This document shows, in pieces, positions 46,490 through 58,926 of a stretch of 64,000 bases of DNA. The notes under the pieces were generated by a model that saw only the letters and a program-made list of their open reading frames with translations, was not told the DNA's origin and made no database searches. The stretch spans positions 10,974,001-11,038,000 of the forward strand of contig JBITNC010000002.1 of the NCBI GenBank assembly GCA_050084985.1, read 5' to 3'. The DNA comes from Nageia nagi (taxonomy: Eukaryota > Plantae > Pinophyta). The translations under genes and the position numbers were made by a program. Positions within the stretch are counted from its first letter, which is position 1. Each line of letters opens with the position of its first letter.

Positions 46490-49400
46490 ATGTGGACAAG
46501 ATCTAAAACTAGAGCAGCAAAAGCACCGGATTTTAGAACGTTAGATACTCCTAAGAGAAAGACCCTGATCAAGTCCAAGTCTCTGAATAGTATCAGCTCC
46601 CTAAAATCCTTTACCAAGCCAAAATCATTCAATCTTCATACTAGAAATACCTCTCCTAAAATGGCTAATCCAGCTTAGAATATTTATCCGAAATGGGACA
46701 ATGGGGTACCAATAGCCCTGGCGGTGTTGCATGACATCCCAGCAAATGTTTTCAAAACCCTTCCGGAGTTTGATGCGACTTCAGAGAAAACGGCTTATGA
46801 GCATTGTGTTGATGTAGCTGGCCTAGCTAAGATTCACAATATCCAGCATGAAGATGTCATGGTGAGATTACTGGCTCAGTCTTTCAAGGGAAAGGTCCTA
46901 GATTGGTACAGGGGCCTTCCTAATGGATCTATAACCACTTGGGCTCAATTGGCAGAGCCCTTTATCTTGGAATTTAATGAATTAGGAGATCCTTTTTCTT
47001 TGTTAACACAGTTCACTTCAATCAAAAGATATGAGCAAGAAAATATCCCTGATTTCAATATTAGATTCCAAAAAACTTGGATGAGAGTCCCAATGCCAGT
47101 TAGGCCTCAGCAATTTCAAGCCTTAATGTATTACCTGAGAGCCTTTCCTCCGGATCTCTCTCTGCAAATCCAAAATTCCGGAGTAAATACTTTCCCGGAG
47201 GTCTATAGACAAGCAGTATATGCTGAATCCTGTCTTATTGCAGTTGGAAAATTGCCAAGTCGCATGCCAATGCCTTATTTTCCAGTAACCGCTCAACAGC
47301 AAATTTTGAGACCTCAAGCAATTAGTTTGGCTCCACCACTGGGCAGCATCTCCGCCCCTGTCCAACAGTGGCCATCACCCTTGCCAGTCCCTAGAGCTCC
47401 CTTGGCTTTACCAGCCCCTTATCAGCCTAATATGAATCAAGGGGTAGCTTTATCGATGGAGATTCAGGAACTCCGAAACTTGTGTAGAAATATGGCAAAC
47501 CAGATTACCATTCTAAGCAGACAAAACAATGCAAGAAGATATCTTTATCCTGCTGTAGAAAAAACTCAGCATGTGTTGAATGAAGATGTAAGCCAAGCTT
47601 CCTCTTCCGGGTCAGCCACGGGTTTGTGTTTGGCCTGCAATGATGCTCATGAACAAACCACATGCCCTGTTTATCAGTACCAGGAGTATCTATCAAGAAG
47701 TGGGGGTATTCCTCCGCCCGGTGTAGCTGATGACGTAAACCAAAATGTGAACCTGATGAATTTTACACCGGCGGATATAGGAGTTTTTGTTGTGGAAACA
47801 AGATCAGGAAAAAGTCCCCTAGTCTCCAGCATTCCGGAAAGAAAAGTTGAACCCCAAAAGAGTTCCGGAGCAGTGTTTCCTAAAAGGCAAGATGCAGTTC
47901 CCGGTTCTAAGGAAAAGATCCCGGAAAAGGAAACGGTTTCCCAAAAATTCCCGTTTCCGGAAACCAAACCAACGCCCAAAGCTAATGATCAAAATCTCCG
48001 GAGGTTAAGGTTCCCTTCACTTACCAAGCACCAGAGAAAACATTATACTCTACAGCTTCAGGAAAAATTTACTGACAGATTCAGAAACAAAATTGGCGAA
48101 CCTCCGGCTATCCTAGAGTTCAACATTATGGCGGAGCTAAAGAGAACTCCAGCGAGTGTCCTTGTTTGAAGCTCAAAAAATTCCCGGACAAATTGATTTA
48201 CTGAAAACATCTCTTATAGCATTGAATGAAGGAATGGAAAGAGTGCTTAATCTTTTTGAAACATCGAAATATCCGGGGATGGGAAAGAATAAACCTCCAG
48301 CTTTTTACATGACTCTGGAAATCGAGGGATATGTACTCCATAATTGTTTGGTTGATTCTGGGGCAGCTACTATTGTGATGCCTAAAGCAGTGTGCGATGT
48401 AATGGGGTTGCCTATGACAAGAACATCCACCGGAGTATTACAACTGGATTCCACACCTGTCAAAACAGTAGGAGTAATCAAGGATGTAGTCCTAAAAATA
48501 CATAAGTGTCCCTCTGTAATTATTATTCAGGAAGTTGTAGTTGTTGAGCTGCCCCTTTGTTCGGGCTATGTCTATCTAGAGAGTTTACAGCTAAGATAGG
48601 GGGTTATCTAGCAATGGATTACACTCATTATTTGATCCCTTGTGGGAATAAGAGGGTAAGACTAAATAATGAGGAAATTTCTGAGTTTCACGTAGAGAAA
48701 AAGGAGGAGGTTTGCGCAAACTTTGGTGAATTGGAAGAATCAGACGAATTGCTGGAAGAGCTGCAAACCGAAGACCCTTGTAGTATGAGTATGCTCAACA
48801 CCATCTACGACGTGGAGTTTGGAAATTATTGTTTAATAGAGCCAGAATCTTTCATCCCGGAACTCAGAAGGGAAGATTTCAGGAGAAATGAAGTGTGGGA
48901 GATGTCTTTTGATGGGGCAAGATCCAAAAATGGATCCGGAGCCGAGATTATCCTAACCAACCCAATTGGTAAGGTACATAGATTTTCTTTCAGACTCACC
49001 TGGTTATGTTCAAATAACGTGGTTGAATATGAAGCTCTTTGCCTGAGACTAGAACAAGCTATCAAAATGAAAATTCAGTGTCTAAAGATCAAAGGGGATT
49101 CAGATTTGATCGTGAAACAAGTGACAAGTAAATGTTCAGTCAAACATCATTATTTGAAAGCCTACAGGAATCGGGTTTGGGATCTGTTTGAGCATTTCGA
49201 AGCATTGCATATTCAGTCGATTCCAAGGAGATTCAACCAAGAAGCTGACGCATTAGCACAAATGGGAGCTAGTTTTGATCCCACAAATGACTGGTTCCGG
49301 AGAAAGGGTGTTCAGCTCATTTTCAGGCCATCAGTTCTGGATAATGATTCCTTTTGGCAGGTTTTCCGGGACGAAGCTCAAATTAATCAGTTTTTATTAC

Positions 49401-52358
49401 AACAAGCGGTATGTCATGCAGTAGGAGAAGAGGACTCCGAAGTTTTCCGGGAACAAGACATAATTCAGCTGAATAACAATAAACTCCCTAAAGATGTGAT
49501 TCCATTCGAAGGATTGTTCGACAGGAGTGACCAGGTAAAAAGAAAGGGTATGAATATAAACCCGGATAACTATAAAGAACATGAAGTTTTTCCGGGTAAG
49601 TCATTAAAAATTGGTATATCTAATACTCCGGAACAGATTCAGGAAATTGTACAGTTATGCAGAACGTATGTTGATGTTATTGCTTGGTCTTATGATGATT
49701 TAAAGGTTTTTGATAAATCAGTGATACATCATACAATCGAGTTGATAGATGATGCTAAACCGGTCAGACAAAAACAAAGACCAGTAAACCCCAAGATCGA
49801 AGTTGCCATGAAGCAGGAGGTGCTGAAACTGTACAAGGCTGGGATAATTTATCCCATCAAGCATTCCACTTGGGTAGCCAATCTTGTGCCTGTCCGGAAG
49901 AAAAATGGCGAGATAAGGTTGTGTGTAGATTTCCGGGGTTTGAACAAAGTATCATTGAAGGATCATTACCCCTTACCTCCAATGGAACAAATACTAAATA
50001 CTGTAGCCGGAGCTGAAAAGTTCTCTTTGATAGACGGTTTCTCCGGGTACAATCAGATTTGGGTCCAGAATGAAGATCAGTTCAAAACAGCTTTTACAAC
50101 TAAATGGGGCACATTTGCTTTTCAGAGAATGCCATTTGGACTATCCAATGCAGGGGCTACCTTTCAGAGAGCTATGGATTATGCGTTTGGAGAGCTGGTA
50201 AATAAGAGTCTGTTGGTATACCTTGATGATATTACTGTTTTTTCTCACGACAGAAACATGCATGTTCAACATCTGGAGCAAGCCTTCATCAAATGTAAGA
50301 GGTATGGTATATCCTTAAATCCTAAGAAGTCTATCTTCGCAATAGATGAGGGTAAATTATTGGGCCATGTCATTTCAAAAGAGGGATGGGCTATTGATCC
50401 GCATAGAGTTAAAGCTATAAATGACTTGTCTCTCCCGTCTAATAAGAAGTCTCTGCAATCTTTTCTGGGTTAGATTAACTTTGTCAGAAGATTTATTCAG
50501 GATTTCTCAAACATTATCAAACCTATCACCTGGATGCTAAAAAAAGATACTCCTTTTGTATGGACTGAGGAAGGTAAAGAAGCTTTTCAAAAATTAAGGT
50601 AGCAATTACAAAAGCTCCTATACTGAGAAATCCAGATTTTAGCAAAGAATTTATTCTATACGCATATGGTTCAGATACTAGTGTTGCAGCCGTTTTAACC
50701 CAGAAGTACGAAAGAAATGAAGAATATCCAGTCGCATTTTTCAGCCAGACTATGAATAGTTGTGAGGAAAAATACACTTTCATTGAAAAACAGGTCCTGG
50801 CTATTGTGAAAGCACTTGGTAAGTTAAAACATTACATTGCTCAGAGCAGGATTTTGATTCTAACTATACACCCGGATGTTAGGTCTTATGTTATGCAGGG
50901 AGAATTGGGAGAAGGGAGACCCGGGTGGATTTCAAAAATTCTAAAATACGATGTGGAAATTCGGCCCACCAAGCTCATAAAAGGAAGAGCACTTTGTGAG
51001 CAACTTGCAAAACCTACGATACCGGAAAAGGAGATGGTATGCTTTGTTGAACAAGAAACCCCGGAATCCATACCCGGAGATATGACAAAGGATTGGATGG
51101 AGCAATTAAGCAAATATTTTAGACCGGAAAATTGCCAGGAAACATGAATGCATCCCAAAGAAGGCGATTCAAGATACACGCCCAGAATTACACGGAGATA
51201 GATCAGATACTTTATAGGAGAAATCACGATGGCGTTTTGCTAAGATGTGTACCGGCAACAAAGTCAGCTAAGCTCATTGAAGAGTTTCATTCCGGAGAGT
51301 CTGGAGGTCATTACTCCGGATACACAACAGTGGGTAAGATCATTCAGGCGGGATATTACTGGCCCACTATGTTCAAAAAGGCTTTTGCAAAGGCACAAAA
51401 TTGTGAGAAGTGTCAGAGGTATGTGGGAAGAAAGAGAAATGCGGCATTACCATTGGAACCAATCCAAGTAGAAGAACCCTTCCAACAGTGGGGGCTGGAT
51501 TTTATCGGAGTCATCAATCCAAACTCCTCTTCCGGACACAAATTCATCCTTACTGCTACAGACTTTTTTACCAGATGGGCGGAAGCAGAGGCCGTAAAAG
51601 AGGCAAATTAGAAGACTGTTCTGAGATTTGTGGAAAATTTAATTACCAGGTATGGTGTTCCTCAAACGATAATTTCGGATAATGGTTTGGCATTCGTAGG
51701 AGCTGAAGTTATTGATTTCGCTATGAGATTAGGTATCTATTGGAAAACTTCCTCAAATTATTACCCCCAGGGTAATGGTTTGGCTGAGTCCACAAACAAA
51801 AATTTGATTCGGATTCTCAAAAGAACAGTGGAGGATAATCCCCGGACTTGGCACGAAAAGCTCAATTGGGCATTGTGGGCAGATAGGATCACAGTAAAGT
51901 CAGCCATTAAAACCAGCCCATATACATTGGTATACGGTAAAAGGGCGGTATTACCAAGTCATTTTGAGCTTCCGGTTTTAAAAGTTTTGCAGGAATATGG
52001 TGAGGATTTTGAATCTCTCGAGGTTCGGATGAATGAACTGTTGCATCTAGAAGAGCTCCGGAATCAATCATATCAAGACCTCCGGAGAAGAAATGAAATA
52101 GTAAAAAGATGGTTTGATGGTCGAAAATCAACTCTGGATACTTTCAGAGAAGGAGATTTAGTATTGAAATGGGATGAGGATAGAGCTAAACCGGGGAAAC
52201 ACAAAAAATTCGAGTCCATGTGGTCCGAACCGTATGTAGTAGCTAAATGCGTTGGGAAAAACGCCTTTGAGCTGGCAAAATTAAATGGGTGCAAATTGCC
52301 GATTTCAGTTAATGGACAGCACCTAAAGCGATATAAGACCGCAAGCGCGGGACAGTGA
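46490..52358 (+). pseudogene. gag-pol polyprotein (GAG-PR-aRH-RT-RH-INT), disrupted
   Basis: MWTRS start; capsid LLAQSFKGKVLDWY; CLACNDAHEQTTC knuckle; PR LVDSGA; aRH WEMSFDG..NNVVEYEAL..IKGDSDLI; RT LCVDFRGLNK, YLDD; RH; INT H..H/C..C, WGLDFIG, SDNG, YPQGNGLAE. In-frame TAG stops at 46676, 50471, 51609; frameshifts near 48157, 48557, 50570, 51120. Confidence 0.95.
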
Positions 52359-52843
52359 TTGTTTTTGAAAAAAAATATGGTTTTGTACACATTGTAAATA
52401 GTGTGCCGTTTGCATTTATTTCAAGTTGTCGTTATGGTTGTCAGTTATTTATTAGTAACTTAGTGGTAGTTGTACTTTTGCGTCGGCAGAATTGAAGTTT
52501 CCAAAAGGGTATGGAGAATCAAATCTCGAAGTTCCCGAAAAGAGCGCATAATATCAAATCGGTTATTAATGCTACTATCCGTGAGGATATTGTGCGCGTT
52601 CCAAGAGATTGTGCATCAATCAATGAAAGGAGCTATAAAAGGACCAAGAGCACTACTCGCCAAAATACCTAAATTCCAGAATTCATAAGAAGTATTCTCT
52701 GACAAATTTGCAAAACTAGTATCTACTGCGCATTGCCAGGAGCTGTGGAATATAGCAGAAGAATCCGAGTAAAGCAAAGTGTTGGTTAGGGGTGACAGAA
52801 GTGAGACAAGAAGAGTTGATAAGCGCAGCACAAGCAAACAGAA

Positions 52844-55800
52844 ATGAGCTTAGGATCATCGGCGAAGACAACAAGGAAAATAACGGACTCCATGGAGTTA
52901 TTGTGGGATACTGAAATTACAGCTCAAAACAAGAACCCCAAGGGCACAGCTGAAGGTAAGTGCCCAAACTTCAGTTTTAATCATATAGCACATTCACCAA
53001 TGGGGTCGGGTCTCATGTATTTCATTCCCCATAGATGCTTTCCTGCACCTGAGTTGATAGAGTTTATAAAGGGGGCATTTGATCCTGCAACCAGGATAGT
53101 CAGAGACTTGCAAGGTAGAACTATCTTAAATTTGGATTCCATTTCAGTAGCAAAGGCTTTTAATCCACCCTCCCCTATGCGTTCCCTTGTGCACATTGAT
53201 TGGTATATGACCCCCAGTTCCAATCTGAGAGCAAATATCACGGCCTGGCTAAATAAAAATGCAGCTGGGACTGTAAAGTTTATGGAGTTCCCCAGTTCTG
53301 AGCTCCCGCTCTCCAATTTTTCTGCACATCTGCAATTATTATTATCCATGTTGGCCATAGCAGCGGGCGAAGAGACAGATAGGTATGTCTCGCCATCAAA
53401 ATTAGCTATTGCATACCAGATTTCCCATCCAAACTCTCCTACAATGTATGACTGGCCATTGCCCTTTCAGATGGAATATCTGAACAGTTAGAAAAGATTA
53501 GTGAGGGATTTCATTTTTCGTATGTGTCACACATTATTTGGATGATGATTCATCAGAATGCCGATGTTTTCAAGAATTTAACCTTGGTTCGGACTGATGA
53601 AAGAGGGTCTCAGAAGCCAATGGACCAATGGACTGAGGAGGTGAGATCTTCAGCGGATTATTACTTCTTTGTAGAAAGCTTTTTGGTTCCTGCAATGAGT
53701 TTATTTACCCCCGCAGTTCCAAGATTATCAACAGCTTCTAAGCTTTACCTCCGGATGCCACATGGAGAGACCAGGGACTGGTTCTTCATAGAGGAGGGGA
53801 CTTTCATCAGGCTTTATGGGTTTTCTGGGGCTCCTTTCTTACTACCGGTCCATGTAACGGATTGGGTTTTCAGCATGGAATACGCCAGACAAATGGATTA
53901 TATAGATTCTAAATATGGAGCTGCAGCAAAGAAGAGGTAGTTTATGCCCTTCCTCATAAAGTGCACGACTTGGTGCTTCAAAGCAGGGGAGCAAATGAAC
54001 AATTAAAAGGTAAATTGTTGAATTTAAAATTGAAAGAACTTAGTCAGTATTTGCTATATGATTCGGAGGATATCTTTGGCAAGAGGTTGAGGGGCCAGCC
54101 CAACCCCTCGAGTTTCAGAGCTGAATCCAGGCCGGAGCTGCTTAAATGGCGAAACCTGGAACATGAAGACAAGGTAATGCCCACTGCCTTGATTACTAAA
54201 GATTTATTGCCGCCGTGGTTGAGTTTTTACAGCAAAAAGGCTAATTTTGACCCAAAAACAGATTCCATCTCCAAAAAGTCTTTGAAAACCTTAAGAGATC
54301 AGAGATGGAGTGAAGAAAAAATAGCCGCCTTCACCCAGTACCGGATTGAGTCCGGAAATCGGAATATCCCTCTAGATTCCGATTTAGATGAGAAATTTGA
54401 GATGTGGAGAATAGAACATCCTACAGACATCCCTGCAAGCGAATGTCCCAAGCATCAGCTCAGGAGGAGCGACCCGAGGGAGGAACCAGGGAGGTTTCCA
54501 CGGAAACAGCAGCTAGGAGGCCCGGGAGGGTGTATACTGTTAAAAGGAAAGTCCAAAAGGAGATGGCACTGCTCCCACCACCGCCAAAGAGAAGAAGGAG
54601 CCCTACTCCATTAGGTACGCTCTCTACTCCCTCTTCCCCTGTTTCTCTTACTCTTGCTCTGTCTATTCCTACCACGCCCATTTCCATCCCAAGTTCACTT
54701 CCGCAAATTCCAGCAGCCATTCCAGCTTCACGCATCCAATCTCTCATAACACCACCACCGCCTATTCAATGGCAAAGCTCCCTTCCCCTCACATCTAGCC
54801 CACAAGTTCCCCCCATCATTAGCGTCACTACAATACCGTCATCACCTTCGCCATCTCCGCCTCCATCATCCTCTCCTCCATCCATTCCAGCTCTTCCTGC
54901 CGTGGATCCATCCGGCAGTAGTGTCCCCGGGCCCAGTCAAGCTAGCCCCGTGACACCAGCACAGCAGATCGTGGCCTCCTCCTCTCAGGAGTTGAGCGCC
55001 GGATCTCCATTCATTATGATATCCGGGCAACAAGTATCTGTGGACGGCATCATGCAGCAGTACCAACAGATGAAACAGGGACGAGATGCATGGATGTAGA
55101 AGCAGGTCAAGAAGCTCCCAATTCCGGATAATCCGGTAAGGCTCCGGACTTCAATGGATCCGAAGCATAAGGTGCTTGAAATGGCTATTGCCCAAGAACC
55201 CCAAGAAGGGCAAAGTGATCTCTCCTCTATGAATACTCGGGTAAAAATCGACACACGAAGCATATCCCGGAGTGATAAAAATGAGCTCTTGCAAACTGCA
55301 GTAGACCTCAACATATCAGAGCTGACAAAATTGGAGGTCAAGTACAATAAGCTGCAAAAGGCCCATGAAGTTATGAAGCAGCAGTTAGACACTCAGAAAT
55401 TAAAATTGAAAGTTGTTGAAAATAATATATCAATTTTGAAGGCTAGTTTAGCGGCGGCTCCTACAGCAGACACTTTGAGCCAGAAAGATGCCATCATATC
55501 TCAGAGAGATGCTGAGATAGCGGCCAGAGTAGCGGAGATTAGCGGTTTGAACGCCAACATAGCGCAACTCCAATCAAGTATGAATGTAAATAAGGTAGAC
55601 AAATCCTTTTTGTTAAATATAAAGAAACGATTTTGGGAGCTGAGGGTGCAGGAAATCAAAGATTTGATTCATCTGAGAGACCATGTAGAATCATGTTTAT
55701 CAGAGCTCAAAAGGCTCGAGGTTGAGGTCACCAGATGCGAGAATATTTTGAATCCCATCTCAGAACAGGCCAAGCAAGCAAATAAGATGCTGAACAGCCT

Positions 55801-56287
55801 CTCGAATGAAAAGCTACAGTCTTATAATATCGGTGATCGAGTGGAGCTCATGTCAGCAATTGACTACCCAGTGAGGGGGAAATGGGTTTGTCAGGAGATC
55901 AAGAGTAATATCCCCCGCCGGACACAAGAAATGGAAAGCATGAAGTCAGAGATTCAGGGATTAAATGCATTCGGAGTCCCAAAGTTATGGAGAAGCGACA
56001 GCTCGCTTGTCCCTGAAGCTGAGTTTTTGAGTGGTCTACAGAGCAGGATTGAAAGCACTAATGACATTGATATGCTCCTGGTTTCATTTGATGAAACCAA
56101 TTTGATAAAATTCTTTGATTCTTTGGCAGACGACGGCTTTCACATTCAACAATTGTTGAGAAAATATGCTCATGTGTCTTATGAAATTTTGAACACTACA
56201 GCTTTAGCCCATGCAAGGCTAAAGGATTTTTCCGGGATCCCCGCAGACTGGAGTAAGGTTCAGCAACTCCTGAGTATACAGAACTGA
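52844..56287 (+). pseudogene. Sense-strand extra ORF (~1100+ aa if repaired): conserved N-domain, Pro/Ser-rich linker with basic NLS-like motif, coiled-coil C-terminus
   Basis: Five consecutive ORF pieces (52844-53491, 53524-53940, 53961-54614, 54404-55099, 55154-56287) joined by single stops or frameshifts; PPPPKRRR motif; heptad-rich C-terminal part. Confidence 0.8.
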
Positions 56288-56375
56288 AGTCTGATTCGTT
56301 GATTCATTCAAATAAGATTCTGGGTTCTAAAATTTCTTTGTAATTGGCGAAATTTTCCCACAGATGTCGCCAAAA

Positions 56376-57961
56376 TGTATATTAATACATAATCATTACT
56401 CCAAGGTTTTTTGAAAGTATGATCACTTCCGGAGGTGACGTAAGCTAAGCATAATCACAATGGGTTTAAGAACCGTTTCCGAAAGTGATTACTTCATTAT
56501 GAAAGAAGAAAAGCCCCTCGAAGTTAATGTTGAGTAACCCGGGTTCCGAAAGAGATGACGTCAGCGATTTCAGGCCTTAACCCAAAACCGGATCCCGGAA
56601 GTGACGAGGTCAGCGAGGAGTGATCAAATAGCCGGAGCCGGTGAGTAAAACGTTCCGGAAGTATGAAGATGACATCACGGGGAGGACGATGTTCACATTT
56701 TCGAATGAAACCGGGTCCCGGAAGTGATGAGGTCAGCAAGAGATAATCGAAGAAGCCGGAGCCCGTAAATTAAGTGTTCCGGAAGTAAAGCGTTCCGGAA
56801 TAAGATGATGACATCACAGAGGATAAGATAGTCGCATTTTGGTAAAGACCGGGTTCCGGAGATGATGAGGTCAGCAAGGGGTGATTAAAAAGGCCGGAGT
56901 TAGTAGATAAAGCGTTCCGGAATGAAATGATAAAAGCTCAGTTGTGGAAAAGCCCGGGTTCCGGAGAAAGTGAGTAAAACATTCCGGAAGTATGAAGATG
57001 ACGTCACGGGGAGAATAATGTTCACATTTTTAAATGAAACCGGGTCCCGGAAGTGATGAGGTCAGCAAGGAGTGATCAAATAGCCGGAGCCAGTGAATAG
57101 AGCATTCCAGAATGTAGAGATGAGAGCAGCAAAGAGAGATCACATAGCCGGAGCCAGTAAATAGAATATCCCAGAAGAGACGAGGACAGCGAGAAGTCGG
57201 ATCACAGTCATCAATAGGCCGTATCATCTGCAATCTGCCCAGTTTTGTAATATTCTACCAAGTGGCGTATATAGGTAGTGTCAGTTAAAAGAAGGCTAGA
57301 ATCTTGAAGCCGTTTTGTAAACGTTTCTGTTCTGCAATTCTTGTAACTGTTGTTGCTTCAGTATAAGTATATGAAAATAAAGTGAAAGAAGGGTCGGAAG
57401 CCCTAGTATTGCTCTTTACATTTGTTCTCGAAGACCTGTAGTTTTTATCAGTAATATGATACCATCTTGACCTTTCTTGTCTAGCACTCGTAATTGTCAT
57501 TCTTAATTTGGTTACATCGTGGCAGCTTGGCTTGTTTCCTGAATGTAATCGCGAGCTGCTAGTATAACTGTGTCTGCTACATGGTAGAGTAAAGCTGGGA
57601 AACTATTAGAGAGTGAGAGCTTGTACCGTAGCTGCTACACTAGATTCAGACCAAGGTTTCACACACTATGAAAGCCCGCGCTGAACTAGTGATCCACCTT
57701 TGCTTTCTCTCTTGTTACCCTAAGCCTTTTTGCTTAAATTCCTCGCACTCTACTCCTTTTTATTTTCTTTCCTGTTACCCTAACCCTTTTGCTTAAATTC
57801 CTCGCACTCTACTCTTTTTATTTTCTTTCCTGTTACTTCTTCTACACCCAATGTATAAGGAACCGGCCTTCTCCGGAGATCAGACTGTCACCATAGTCTG
57901 TTCTTGATTTACTTTGGTTAAGATTGTTCGCGGCGCATATATTACACAATCCTAATCAACA
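56376..57961 (+). repeat. 3' LTR (1586 bp)
   Basis: About 26 substitutions (almost all transitions) and 2 small indels relative to the 5' LTR, counted by eye. Confidence 0.97.
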
Positions 57962-58926
57962 GTAATGCACACACACCAAATTATTCACCCATTCTTAAGC
58001 CAAGTAGTTGTATTTTTTGGAGTGATGTGCTCAAACATATTCTTATTGTGCTCACATCCAATAGTGTTGCAAGGGTGGGACAAAATTTAGATTTCTAGTT
58101 GTTGAAGGAGAGGCACTTTTGCACCAAAGAATTTTCACCACATAGCTGAAGAAAAAACAAAAACTAAATTAAAACTCACTCATTTTTTAGAAAAATTAAA
58201 AAGGAAATAAAAGATAAAATAAATGTGTCGTTTGCATGTGACCTAATGCAAACTACACTTGAGAGAAGATAAGTCTTTGCATTCATGTATATCTATAATT
58301 CTCTTTTTATTTGATCCATCTTTTCCTCATTTTGGACCATCCTCTTAAAGCAAATATAAAGGCTAGTGAGAACATCATTGACCACAAATGTTTCATCATA
58401 AAAATACGGGTTTAGATAATAGTCAGTTGCATGAATGATCTTACAAAGTTGACTTGACCATCTATAATCAATCAAACCCCAAATTGGACAATACTTGGCT
58501 TGTATTTGTATATAATGCCTTGCAATGGCCTCCTTGGCCTTGTCCATGTCCTTATATAAATAAGCCATTGGTGATTTGTCTGCATATTCAACAATTCAAA
58601 GAATTCTCACCAAGGACTCAGATACTTGAATATATGAAAGAAACAAATATTAAGAACTTGAGTTGCAAAAAAAAAAGATAAAAAAAAAACTAAAATCATC
58701 AACCACTACTAACCTAGATGACTTCACGTAAAGTCTTCCAAAAATCTTCATAAAAAAATATGTTTATGACAAGAAAGGCTTCATTTGTAGTAGAAATTGT
58801 GGACTATATCTATTCCCGGCAAACAAACATCCTCTTTATGCTGCCTTTATAGAATGAAGGCTTTGCAAACTAAGGAAGTTGGTGGCAAACCATGTGACAC
58901 CAGGTCAAACGATCTTCCTCCCATCC

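Larger units (their letters stand above)
44757..57961 (+). mobile_element. Full-length Ty3/gypsy Tat-lineage LTR retrotransposon (13.2 kb) with aRH between PR and RT and a 3' extra ORF
   Basis: LTRs 44757-46341 and 56376-57961 (TG..CA, ~98% identical by eye), TSD GTAAT, tRNA-Arg PBS, gag-pol domains. Confidence 0.97.

Noticed and set aside
48150-48560. Programmed ribosomal frameshift in gag-pol
   Set aside because: Several frameshifts and stops are scattered through pol and no clear slippery heptamer is present; better explained by post-insertion decay
52844-56287. env-like gene (endogenous retrovirus)
   Set aside because: No signal peptide or clear transmembrane segment; the layout is soluble domain, disordered linker, coiled coil
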